Of a stretch of 64,000 bases of DNA, positions 24,901 through 37,588 are shown one piece after another. How positions within the stretch are numbered: the first letter of the stretch is position 1; each line of letters opens with the position of its first letter. The notes beneath the pieces were generated by a model. It made no database searches. It was not told the DNA's origin and saw only the letters and a program-made list of their open reading frames with translations. Source of the stretch: Sphyrna mokarran (lineage: Eukaryota); NCBI GenBank assembly GCA_024679065.1, contig JAGIQG010000004.1, positions 54,808,001 through 54,872,000 of the forward strand, given 5' to 3'. A program made the position numbers and the translations under genes.

Positions 24901-26402
24901 ACACAAACCAGTTTAATTGTATTGCTATAAATTAATTTGATAATTATTGCTCAGTTGCAATTAGAGGATATAAATAACCCACCTCCTTTCAAGTTAAGTT
25001 TGAGATGTATACAGCTGTGCATGCGCCTCACCGTCTGATTATATTGACAGTGCAGAGTTTGACTATATATCTAGACGAGGCCTATGCTTACCACCAGAAG
25101 AACATATATGCCCGATTTTACCATTTGAAGTCTAAAGTCCGGATCCGGGCGTAATACAGACCCGAATCCTGAATCCTTTTAGCAGCACGCCCATACGCTT
25201 TTTGCCAGCTCTCGTCCGATCGCGCTGTGGGTGGGGCTTAGCGCTGCCGGAAAGATCGGAGCTCTAAACTGCGATGCGCAGTCAGAAAAAAAAATGAAAA
25301 AGCGCGCCCAGGTTGGAAAAAAAAACATAAAACGGAGAGAGCCGCTCTCTGACACATATTCTCTGGGGGAGGTAAAAGACTGCCTGCGAGTTTTAGAGAG
25401 GTTTTATTGTAAGGAGGCAGAAAACAATAGCTAGCCGTCTCAGGTCACTAATATAAACCTTTGATCAGACAGATGAATCTTGCAGGCATTTCTCATAGAG
25501 AGGAGATTGCTTATCGATCTATATAAACAAAAAATCACGCTAATCCTGGACAGTGGAGAGTATTTTTGACATAAGGGCAAGATAAAACGAAGTGGCCCCG
25601 TGTTGCAATAAACCTTAGCGTATGTCATATCTGTTAATTATGTACCAACTTCTACGTATAAAAGTTTTCACTTTGCAGACCTTTACAAGATACATTTCAT
25701 TTCCTGTCTTTACTCTATATTTGCAGCAGGCTGCTTTCTTTTTATAATTGCTCCAAATACAAATGTTGGAAATATAAGACGATTATCCAACTTCTGAAGA
25801 ATAATCACGACCTGAAATGTTGTTTGGATTTCTCTTTTCATAGCTGCTACTAGATCCTCTTAACACTTCCGCGTTTTCCTTGCTTACTTAATATTGTATT
25901 GAAGTGAGCGGACACTAATTAAAGTTCTGGGTGTTATTTGAACTTAAATTTTAATCGTATTCATTTGAAACTTTAATCATTTAGACACCACGAGATAGCT
26001 TAGCGAATGAACTCAGGAAATGTTCAATAAATTGCAGATTAATTCCTTTTAAAGAAAGGGCGGGAATTGATTAGTGTAGTAGGGCTTTTGCATTTCGGAT
26101 TTAGGGCACACACTAAATCTCTAGAAGCACTTGACAGGACCGTCCCGCCCAGTGATGAGCAGTTCGAACACGTAAAATCGCGCCATCGGACGGATTACTT
26201 CGATTTCTGGGCTCAGGTATTTTTACAAGAGCCGGATTTCCTGTGAGGTCAGCCTCTCGCCAGAAATAGGCTAGAGGCTAAATAATTTATCTAAACATAC
26301 TTAAATGTGAATTTACATTTTAGCGAGCCCGACTCTCAATTGTCCGGGCTCACTTGCCTTTCTAGACTCATGGGAAAGGTTATCTCTGGCGAGGAAAACA
26401 TC

Positions 26403-26620
26403 ATGTACAGATGCCGGCGTTGGACTTGGGTAAACACAGTAAGAAGTCTCACAACACTAGGGTAAAGACCAACCAGTTTATTTGATAGTAAACCCACAAG
26501 CTTTCGGCAACGCTGTTCCTTTCCACACACCTGACGAAGGAACAGCGTTTCTGAAAGCTTGTGGGTTTAATATCTGGTAATCTGGTTGGACTTTAACCTG
26601 GTGTTGTGAGACTTCATATT
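26403..26620. mobile_element. Short palindromic Penelope-derived element with hammerhead core
   Basis: Inverted pLTR ends, CTGACGAAGGAACAGCGTTTCTGAAAGCTT core, TSD GAGGAAAACATC (26391-26402, 26621-26632). Confidence 0.75.
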
Positions 26621-27357
26621 GAGGAAAACATCTGCAGCCATTGAACTGGGAATTGTCGGATTGGCCTCACTGGTAGAATTAAAGACAACTGAGGCACCTT
26701 CGCCAAGCAAACGGCAAAGGAGACGGCGGGAGGCATGCCCTTTAGGCAATGCCAGCCTCAATCAGGAACTCTCCCATTTTTACACTAGCTGGACAGTCAG
26801 AATCATTCTCGTAAAATTCCTCCCGCTGTCTCTGTTCTCTCACTGTAATTTGTTTCCCCTGTGCAGCCGTGTTTGCTGTGCAACTTTCTCAGTGAAAGCT
26901 TCCGCCATTTAACTTACTCCAAGTCGTAAATACATGGTGAACAATGTTGTTAGTGCATTCTGACTGGCCTAACTACGGCAAGGCTAATATTCAATTGGCT
27001 TAAGGCGTGCGTAATTGGTGTGTGATTGGTGAAAGAAAATAAGATCAGTTTCTCATTGATTTCTTGAAAGTGATACAATTTCCCATTTTTCAATGATTGG
27101 CCCACTTGTAAATGACAGAAACATTAGTTAAATTGATCTCAGACCCAAAAGTACAAGTCTAGCTTGGATCACTGACTTTTAATGGAGAGAGGGATGATAA
27201 AATAAATGGAGAACAGGAGAATTAAAAGGGATCAAATTCCGAAAAATGTAACAATATTTTTTCACTTGACGCCATTGTTTTCAGTGCACATGGATGAATA
27301 CCCAGTTTTTGTCTCCTTTTAGCGACAAGGTATTAGCAACACATAATATTTTGTTAT

Positions 27358-30300
27358 AAAGAACAAAGAACAACACAGCACGGGAAACAGGCCCTTCGGC
27401 TCAACGAGCCCACGCCGCCATTTTAACGTTCCCACTTCCACCCATGACCCTTGTCTATGTTTGTAGAAATCTGCATTGGAAACCAGACAATTGGGCAGAC
27501 AATTTAGGGACAATTTGTTTCACCAATCAGCCTAAGAGCACATGTTTGGAGTGTGGGACGAAACCGGAGCACCCGGAGAAAACCTACGCAAGCACGGGGA
27601 GAATGCGCAAACTCCAACAGATACCGGCCCAAATCCCTGTATCTGCATAGCAACAGTGATAGTCACTGAGCTGTCGTGTTGCCCATCAACTGGTCCATTT
27701 TAAGCATACACTTACGACGTGAAGCAATAGGCTAGTCGCGAAAAATCCAAGAGCAGCCTTCTCACGACTCATCGCGTGTATGCCCCTTGTTGGACAGAAG
27801 TACCTGTAGGATAAAAGAGAAATACATCAATAATATGCATAACTTATACAATTCCTAGGAACGTCCCGAGGTTCATGATCCTAATTATATCCCTCCATCC
27901 CTATTCCGCTCATGTGCCTATGTAAGTATCTCTTAAATTACTTCACCGTGTCTGCCTCCACCACCTTACTTGACGATGCATTCCATACTCCCAAACCCTC
28001 TGTGTGAAAAACCTCCCTCTAACATCCAAATTATATTTTGCCCCCCTCACGCTAAGCCCGTGGCCCCTCGTGATATTTGATTCCATCCTAGGAAAAAGCT
28101 TAATCCTGTTTACTCTATTTATACGCCTCATAATCTACACTTCTATTAGATCTCCTCTCAGTCTACGTCTTTCTAAAGAAAACAGCCCCAATTTGCCTAA
28201 CCTCTCCTCGTAACCGAGATCTTCCATACCAGGCAGCATCCTGGTAAACCTCTTCTGCAATCTCTCCAGGGTCTCCACGTCCTTCCGGTAGTAAGGCGAC
28301 CAGATCTGCACGCGGTATTCCAAAAGAGGTCTAACCAACGTTCTACACAACTACAACATTAAACGCCAGCTCTTGTACTGTATACCCTTTCCTATAAAGG
28401 CTAGCATACCATATGCTTTCTTCACAACTTTCTCCACTTGCTCTGCCACCTTCAGAGACTTGTGCACCTGCACCCCCAGATCCCTCTGCGTTTTTATACT
28501 CTTAATAGGTCTCCCCCTTATCATATATCTCCCCTCTACATTCTTTCTCCCGAAATGCGTCACCTCGCATTTATCAGGATTAAATTCCATCTGCCATACA
28601 TCTGCCCAATCTACCAGTCTACTTATGTCCTGCTGTATCGCCCGACACTGCTCCTCTCTATCCGCAAGTTCAACCATCTGTGTGTCATCTGCAAACTTGC
28701 TGATCACACCACTCACTCCCTCTTCCAAGTCATTTATATATAATAAAAATAGAAGAGGTCCCAGTACTGAGCCCTGCGGCACACCACTAGTCACCAATCT
28801 CCAGGTAGGGAAACACCCTTCCACTACAAAGAACAAAGAACAACACAGCACGGGAAACAGGCCCTTCGGCCCAACGAGCCCGCCCCGCCGTCCTAACGTC
28901 TTAATGACATATAGAGACCAATATAGAGACAATTTGTTACCCAATCAGCCTAAGAGCACATTTTTGGGATGTGGGAGGAAACCGGAGCACCCGGAGAAAA
29001 CCCACGCAACCACGGGGAGAACGCGCAAACTCACGCAGACACAGGCCCAAATCCATGTGTCTGCACAGCAACAGCGATAGTCTCTGAGCTGTCATGTTGC
29101 CCATCTGATGGTCCAGTTTAAGCATACACTAACGACATGAAGCAATAGGCCACTCCTGAAGTAACATCCAAGAGCAGCCCTCGCACGACCTGCCGAATGC
29201 ATGCGCCTTGTTGGTCAACAAGGTGGACCGAATAGCCTGTGGAAACAAATAAAGTATTTAAACAGTCATCCTATATCCCTCTATCTGCAGACCGCTCATG
29301 TGGCTGTCCAAGAGACCCTTAAACAACCCTAGCGTGCCTGTTCCCACCACCTTACTCGGCAGTGCATTCCACACCCCCACTACCCTTTGTGTGAAAAACT
29401 GCCCTCTAATATTCGTCTTATACATAGCCCCACTCACCCTAAGGCCGTGACCCCTCGTTCTATCCGAATCTAATGGTGGAAAAAGCTTACCACCATTTAC
29501 TCTATCTATACCCCTCATAATCTTATATACCTCGAATAGATCCCCTCTCAGCCGACGTCTTTCAAGGGAAAACAACCCCAGTGTGTTCAATCTTTCCTCG
29601 TAAGACAGCCCTTCCATGCCAGGCAGCATCCTGGTAAATTTCCTCTGCACTCTCTCCAAGGCCTCCACATCCTTCTGGTAGTACGGCGACCAGAACTGGA
29701 CGCAGTACTCCAAGTGAGGCCTAACCAACGTTCTATACACTTGTAACATCAGACTCCTACTCTTGTATTCTATACCCTTCCTATGAAGGCTAACATACCA
29801 TACGCTTTCTTTATCACTTTCTCCACCTGTACTGACACCTTCAGAGACTTGTGAACCTGCACCCCCAGGTCTCTCTGCGTCTCTATACTCCGGATAGTTT
29901 TACCTTTTATCATATAACTCCCCTCTACATTATTCCTGCCAAAATGCATCACCTCGCATTTATCCGGATTAAATTCCATTTGCCATCTATCTGCCCAGTC
30001 TACCAGCCTATCTATGTTCTGTTGTATTGCCTGGCACTGCTCCTCAGTCCCCGCCAATCCAAGCATCTTAGTGTCATCAGCAAATTTGCTGATCACACCA
30101 CCTACCCCCTCTTCCAAGTCATTTATATAAATTTATATAAATATAAATACTTCTCTCTGTCTGCTATTACCAAGCCAGTTATTTATCCATCTAGCTATCT
30201 ATCCTTGTATTCCATTAGCGTTGACCTTTTCAACTAACCTCCCATGAGAGACTTTGTCAAACGCTTTACTGAAATCCATATAGGCGACATCAACAGCTCG

Positions 30301-31010
30301 TCCTTCATCGACCGTTTTCGTCACCTCCTCAAAACATTCTACCAGATTCGTAGGGCACGATCTCCCCTTAACAAAGCCATGCTGCATATCCCTAATCTGA
30401 TCACCATGCTCTAAGTGCATATGCATCCTATGTCTAAGAATCCTCTCCAACAGCTTCCCTACCACTGACGTCAAATCCACAGGCCTACAATTTCTAGGGT
30501 TATCCCTACTACCCTTTTTGAGCAACGGTACAACATTTGCTATTTTCCAGTCCTCTGGGACCTCACATGTGTCCAAAGAAGAGACAAAGATTTGCGTCAG
30601 AAGCCCAGCAATTTCACTTGCGCCTCCCTAAGCACTTGGGATAAATGCCATCAGGCCCCGGAGATTTATCAGTTTAACTGCTACCTGAAGCTCTAACACT
30701 CCCTCCCTCGTAATAGATATTTCCCTCAATGGTCTCCAGCTCCCTCCAAGACAGTACCGGTCAACAAACACCTCTCCTTTGTGAATACTGACGCAAAGTA
30801 TTCATTCAGGATCTCCCCCTTCCCTCGGGTTCTAAGCACAGATCCCCTCCTCTGTCCTAAGAGGGCCGATTTTTGCTCTAACCACCCTTTTATTCCTAAC
30901 ATAGGCGTAAAAAGCCTTTGGATTTTCCTTAATCTTGTCCGCCAAAACCATTTCATGCCCCCCTTTTTTGCCCTTCTAACTCCCCGTTTGAGCTCCCTCC
31001 TACTCTCTCT
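27358..31010 (-). mobile_element. CR1 LINE copy A (27358-28827 + about 30148-31010) with SINE-containing 3' UTR
   Basis: Near-intact ORF2 pieces (SGVPQGSVLGPLLF, KFADDT, RLRGDLIEV). The RT frame broken at 28827 resumes at about 30148 after nested copy B. Confidence 0.9.
28828..30147 (-). mobile_element. CR1 LINE copy B, 5'-truncated, nested in copy A
   Basis: ORFs 29770-30117 and 29258-29749, same chimeric 3' UTR and (CTTTGTT)n tail. Confidence 0.9.
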
Positions 31011-31849
31011 ATCTCTTCAGTCTATTGGTGAACATTCAGATTATAGATAATAGTGCATTTGGTCATCTGATTTTCTCTGCATCTGCGATCGGCTGAAGAG
31101 TAGTATTAGTTTCCTTCTATTTGAACAATGACCAGGGTTAAGATAAGGTGAACATCTTGCTCTGTGTGACACAGTAGTGCATTGTGGGTATTGTATATGC
31201 TTAGCTTTTCTCTCAGTGTAAACGTGCTGCAGTTGGTCACAGTATCAACAAGAACAGTTCTTGCTAAAGACTTTACTGGTTAAAATTAAGCCTAAAAATA
31301 AGGATCCGCAAAAATATTTCGTCAGACATTTTTGCAAGGTATCAATGTATAAAAATGTATGTTGCAAAACTTCGTGATTGGTTTTCAATGATTATTCTTT
31401 GGAAAAGTGATTGCCGCTCCATATTTGCTTAATTGCAGAAGAATTGTCTTATAAATCCTCACATACCCATCTGTCTCTTTGAGCGTGCTAAATACGTAAG
31501 TAGCTTCAGTTTGATGCATCAGCTCATGGTCATGGCAACATTTTCTGCTTTGAAAAGCAAGTCTGTATTGCTCTATCCAATAGAGAGATAGGTTAATTAA
31601 GACAAATTGGGAAACTTTTATGAATCTGTTAACACAAAAAGTGTCTATTATGTTCACTGAGCATTGATCCAAGGATCAATGCTCAGTAAACTCCTTGGAG
31701 CGGCAATCACCGGCTGTTTGCCACTCTGGAGGGATTATCTTCGTTGTAAGTCCAAAGCCGCTGTCTCGCCCAACATTGGTCTCTCAGAACTGGTGAGACA
31801 GGTGCACAGGCAAAGGAAGGCACGCTCTTTTCTGGGCACAAGCCACTCT

Positions 31850-32680
31850 TGTGATTTCACCGTCTCATTTTAACTCTCTGTCGTTCTCCTCCGGTCAGCT
31901 TCACGGTGATCCTGGCCATATTCACATTCCTCCCAGTCTGCCTCATAATGATCGTGATCTGTTCCAACTCCTCCCAATCAATATCACGCCGCGGCTAACC
32001 TGCTATACATCTGCAATCTGTCAACAATCATTGATGAAGCTGATCACACTTTTTCTACTTCTTACCATGACCCAAATGAATGTCTATGCAGTTGCATGGT
32101 CCCATTCTTCTATTATTGATTCCTAAGCAGAAAATAACAATCGATGATTTCTGTCCTCGTTCCCGTAGTTCTGTTATTGTCTCGCAAAGATGGTACTCTG
32201 GCCTTGTGCTTATTCTCATCTATATACTTCCCCTCTGAGATCTCATTCTTATACAGTGTTAGCGTTTACATCTAGCTTGATGACACACAGCTGTACCTCA
32301 CCACCGCCTCTCTCAATGCTTCCCCATTCCTAAATTTTCACAATGATTGACCACCTCCAGTACTGGACAACATAATCCTGCAATTAAATATTAGGAGGTC
32401 CAAACCGTTTCTATTTGGTCTGCCGCGCTATCTGGCCATTGGCGAGTGTCTAGGGTTGATTAGGAACGTCTAGATTTGTTCTTATATTTCACTGTGAAGT
32501 ATCTTTCCGATTAGAAACCCATGCCATCAATAAGACCATCAATTTTAACTCGTTGCATTTCCTGACTCAATTACTGGTCCAGCTGATTTGTTTCCAAATT
32601 TTCATCTGTGTCCGCTTTACCTCTGAATGTAATTCCACCAATGCATTCATTGACGACCTCTTGTGACTTGGAAAGCTTGT
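31850..32680 (+). mobile_element. Old L2-type LINE RT fragment
   Basis: gatgacacacagctgtacctcacc (DDTQLYL) and surrounding decayed RT; likely continues at about 33270-33450. Confidence 0.55.
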
Positions 32681-33268
32681 CTGTTTGATACGCTGCAAGA
32701 AAGGGCCTTCCGAGGCATGGTACATTAAGGAGACCATACAGACAGTAGGACAATGGATGAATGGGCACCACGCGACAATTACCAGGCAGGAGTGTCCCCT
32801 TGCTGTCGAGGATCCGCAGTCGAGGGCATTCAGCCTCTGATCTTCAGGTAAACGTACTCGAAGGCGGCCTTCAAGACACGTGACAACGCAGAATCACCAA
32901 GCAGAAACTGATAGCCATGCATCACTCCGGCCTTAATCGGGATCTGGGTATAGCTACGCTATCTGTAATCTCCCGATTTGCCTGGACTTGCAAAATCTCG
33001 TTAACTGTCCTGGCTTGAGGCAATTCAAACCTCTTTAATTTCAACTTAACTCCCTCTCAAGTGCATTGTCTGCACCTGTAAAGACTTGGTTATCTGTTAA
33101 GACTAGCATTCCATCCATTATCTTGCAAATTGAATCTGTGTCTCTATACGCCCTATTTGTGAACCCAATCCTCCATTTGCCTGCTGAAGAAGCAGCGTTC
33201 CGAAAGCTCATGCTACAAAATGAACCTGTGTTGGACTTTAACCCGGTGTTGTGAGACTTTTTACTGTT
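32680..33268 (+). mobile_element. Penelope-like element 3' fragment (GIY-YIG end plus pLTR)
   Basis: LIRCKKG..EAWYIKET homologous to 56020-56320; mutated hammerhead core at about 33180-33210. Confidence 0.85.
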
Positions 33269-34279
33269 TTAATTCCATGAAGGTGTTATTTGATACTTTT
33301 CGCCATATAAACCTCTGAAGCACTTATGTCATCCCATTCAGATTTCTGCAGCATCCACAATTTGAAATGGCCACGCATTGTGGCTGTGACTTTATCAGTG
33401 ACGTTCCTAAATTGTGGCATGGTCTCCCTAATCCATTCCTTCTGCGTGATGTAGAGCTCCAAGCGAAAATAACAAGAAACTATCTAACTTTAAAGAAGCC
33501 ATAGTCTTTTGCTGCGCCAGCAGTGATATTGAGAAACTATAGCAATCGTCATGCAAGGCTAACTCGTTTTCAGGGTGCTGCTCTCAAAAGATAAATATAT
33601 TCTGTTGCATCAGAGATGAGCTAAAGAGGTATATATCTTAATTAGCTTTCGAAACCCACGTGCCTGTAGCAATATTTAGTAACACGCGTTAGTAGTAGTA
33701 GAACAAACCCACCAGCACTTCAGCTCATCGTTTCAGTGTGTTGACCTTTTCATTGCTGTTTTGAGCCCCTACTTTGAATATTAACAATCTTGCTAATGCG
33801 AGGCAGGTATCAGAGACAAATTTCATTGTTCACAAACAACGTTGCTATGAAGCGAGAATGTCAGCTCCTGGGAATGTTCTGGAGTAAAACATTAATCTGG
33901 GCTCTATTGTTGATGAATTTGAGGGTCTTAACTCCCAGCGTACATTGTTTTTTTTTAAAACTAATCTAGAAATCTGCCTAAAGGCAGAAAGCCAACATAT
34001 GCTCCCACTTGCATTCGAAGATACTTTGTCAATAAGCATCCACAGCCACTTATAGTTGCCACGTACATTCGAGTCAGCATATTTCCTTCCTTTTTACGTG
34101 TTGCGCATAACATTTTCAGAACATCTTTAGAATAACCATTACTGTGTTTCTTAAAGGGAATGCAGACTTCTCAAAAGAGTCATTTATAATCGTCTTGTTA
34201 TGCAGTGGGAAATATATTTCAACGTATTATTATTCCCAAGTCCAATTTTATGGGGAGTTCTGGCAGGAAGATTGATGCC

Positions 34280-34620
34280 AGTGCACTAGGAATGCAGGAA
34301 TACTGAGTAGTGCTCTGAAGCCTCGGGTTCGATTCCCACTGTGGTCCATGAGGAACTGTGAATTCAATTGAAAAAAATCTGTAATTGAAAAGTCGAATGA
34401 TGATCAGGAAAGCATTGTCGTAAAAAAAATCCTGGTTCTGTAATGCTCTTCATGGAAAGAAATGTGCCATCATTTCCATGTCTAGCTTACATGCGCCTTC
34501 AGAAACACAGCAATGCATTTGACTTTTAACTCCCCTCTGAAATGGTCTAGTAGGGCACTTATAAGGGCAGGAACTGCTTGCCTGGTCAGCAATGCTTACA
34601 TCCTAACAGAAAAATTATAT
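34280..34620 (+). mobile_element. Second tRNA-headed SINE family (other copies at about 9840-10180, 39690-39920, 40500-40850 and 45600-45940 on the minus strand)
   Basis: B-box ggttcgattccc and a shared core (ctggttc..taatg..cttcagggaaggaaatctgcc..tacatgtgactcca) recurring in the window. Confidence 0.65.
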
Positions 34621-34624
34621 CCGT

Positions 34625-35530
34625 GATCAGTAATGATAGGCAATAACATTTCCTTTATGATTATCCTCAACACCAGTGCCCCGCAAGGCTGTGTCCTGAG
34701 CCCCCACTTTTGTCCCTTATATTCCTATGACTGTTTGGTCAAATTCTTCTCCAACTCGATTTTCATGTTTGCTGATGAGACTAGTATAATGGTCGAATCT
34801 TAATGATGAAACAGAATTCAGGACCTACTGAATTGGAGCAACAGCAATAATCTTTCCCTCAATATTAATAAAATGGAGGAGAGAGTCATTGACTTCAGGA
34901 AGCTTAACGGAGAACATGCCCCTCTCGATAGCAATAGGGATGAAGTGGAAATCATTGAAAGCTTCAAGTTTCTCGGTATCTAAATCACCACTTGACACTG
35001 ACGCTATAGCTAAGAAAGACCACCTCTACTTTCTCAGGGCCTAAGGAAATTCGGCATGTCCACTTCAACTCTCACCGAATTTTATAGGTACACCAGGGAA
35101 AGCAACATTTCTGGATATGTCACAGCTTGGTATAGCTAACTGGTCTGACCAAGATCTCAAGATATTAAAACGGGTCATGAACAAAGCCCAGTACATCACG
35201 TAAATTAGCCTTCCGTACATTGACTCTGTCTACACTTCCCGCTGCCACGGAAAAGTAGCCGGCATAATCAAGGACCCTACGCATCCCGGATATACTGTGT
35301 TCCACATTTTTCCGTTGGGAGAAAGATACAGAAGTCTAACGACATGCTCCAAACGACTCAAGACCAACTACTTCCCTACTGCCATCGGACCTTTGAATAG
35401 ACCTATTTTATATTAAGTTGATCTTTCAAGATAGGACTGTAACACTATATTCTGCAACGTTATGCTTTGTCTCTATGGGAACAACAAACAATACTTTTCA
35501 TTGTACACTAATATATGTGACAATAAAAAA
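34625..35530 (+). mobile_element. Rex1/Babar-type LINE 3' fragment
   Basis: LNT.APQGCVLSP, FADE, FKFLG motifs and 3' end ending caataaa; a related tail lies at about 58690-58920. Confidence 0.75.
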
Positions 35531-37423
35531 TTAATTTAAAAGCAGGGACTTAAAATGAAAATCCCTCACCTGAGTCTTTACGAACGGGAATGTACTACCT
35601 CTCTTCAATGAAATTGGATGACAAGATGATGTAATGGATTTGCTTTTTTGCAAACCTCATCCTTCATCATTTCCATCTCCAAATTTATGATATAAAATGG
35701 GAGGAAAAGAATCAGCTTAACAAGTGCCCAGAATTTGTTTAAAGTTGGTATTTATGGATGATTTTGGACAACGTGCTGAAGCTATGACTTCTGAGTCACT
35801 GAGATCAGTGTTACGGTATTTTAGCATGTGGAAAAATGCAATGCATGTGGGAAATTTAAACTTAACTTTCCAAAATCTTGTGCAATCGTTAGCAAGAAAA
35901 GGACAGACAATGTATGCAGGAAGATGCCTTCAATCACGTAAAGGAATTAATTGAATAATTAAATGCCAATAGTCGGAAGAGTTACATTTTTCCGTTGTAA
36001 CAATAGTGCTGTTTGGAAAGGTACAGTGACACATTTCAAACAGGACATCCGTTGCACGTATGTGTCGCTATAATTATATATTGAAACTAGTGATGTAAAA
36101 TAACTGCTGCTATCAAATACTTGATACGTCCACAGTGTGTTGCAATGTTGCTACATTTAGAAACGACGTGAAATACGTCCACTGCTAAGTTCCAATCGTC
36201 AATATGTCTTGTCAATATTTAGCAACGTATAAGTGTAGCTCAAAATAGAAAATTACAAACACCCAACAAATAGTTTCCACGCTATCAGCTTATCCAGATA
36301 AACCGCCAACACAGTAATCTTTTACATACCGTGCACACAGGTGCGACCTTTTGGGCTAATTTAGCATCAAAATTATTCATACTACTTTGTTTCCAAATTG
36401 AGTCAACTATTGTTGTCAGGTAAGAAAATTAAATGTTAGGTAAACCAGACTATTGTGACAGTTTAACAATTGCCTATTTACTTGCATTTTTCATGTCCTT
36501 CCGGATAAATGTTTTGTCGTCAGCCTAACTAAACGGATCAAATATCAACGCATTAAAAAAAAACAATGAATATGACTTCTTCCTTGGAAGTATTTGATCC
36601 AAGACAGCAGAGAAGGAAGCTGCAGAAAATGTCGACTGTATGGAGGAAGAAAATGACAGTCTAGTACTATTGAAGAACGACGCTTGGATGAAGAACACAT
36701 GCTCTTTATTGCAAAATGAAATTCAATGCATACCCATAAAGGAGAACTTTGATTGCTCTGGGAAAGAATCAGGATGGGAATAATTGGGCAATGCTGTCAA
36801 ATTGCCAGCACGGATCAAACGGTCACCTTCTCAGATACAGGATTCCACAATTAGACACGATGTCATGTGAAAATAGATGTTTGTAATAGATGTTTGCAAA
36901 GAACAACTCTAACCTACTTTCAGTAAATTGATAGGGAAATCCAAGTATTCAGCTTCACCCGTTTTCTAACAGGAGTATCAGCTGAACTGGATGTAACGTG
37001 CTGGCACGTACTCAACGTAATAACGGGATGTATGAATCTACACGCGGATTCTTCTGTTATTGAACAAAGTGAACACTGATAGTTAATTTGTAAAAGATTC
37101 TAGAAAGTTGATTTTTTTTAAATTTTACTTTACTATACAGATAATTAGATACCACAGGACACAATATATCGTTGTAGCCGAAGGAACATATTTGTCATTA
37201 TTTTTAAAATATACTCCTTGAACAATGCTGCATAACAAGAAAGATTTTTTTTCCTAAAGCAACGAAAATAAACTTCTTAAAAAAATCGACAAAAAGTGAG
37301 TACCATGTACTGCCTTATCTGACAGACATCGTATCATACAGCAAAAACACTCCTGGTGCTTGTCCGGCAGAGAGACGCGATCAGTGTAGACATAGAAGTG
37401 AATTCTGCGTCGAAATTCAATTG

Positions 37424-37588
37424 CTAATTGATATTCGCCTCCGTATAGCTAGTCTCTTTTGCTCCATTTTGCTTCTCTCTCCGCAGTTGGGCATATTCAG
37501 TGCACCTTTCGTTAGCTTTGCCTTTGTCTGAGCTGGTCAACGCTACACTTGAGTATATCAGGTCATTGCCGACTTTCCTTTGTTGCGT
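37424..37588 (-). CDS. Exon 7, terminal exon with ITIM LIYSSV and ITSM-like TEYAQL
   Basis: Acceptor accttgcag, then TQQRKVGNDLIYSSVALTSSDKGKANERCTEYAQLRREKQNGAKETSYTEANIN-stop in phase 0. Confidence 0.88.
   Translation of the reverse strand, partial: TQQRKVGNDLIYSSVALTSSDKGKANERCTEYAQLRREKQNGAKETSYTEANIN

Noticed and set aside
28373-29080. 235-aa plus-strand ORF and similar antisense ORFs
   Set aside because: Antisense shadows of CR1 ORF2.
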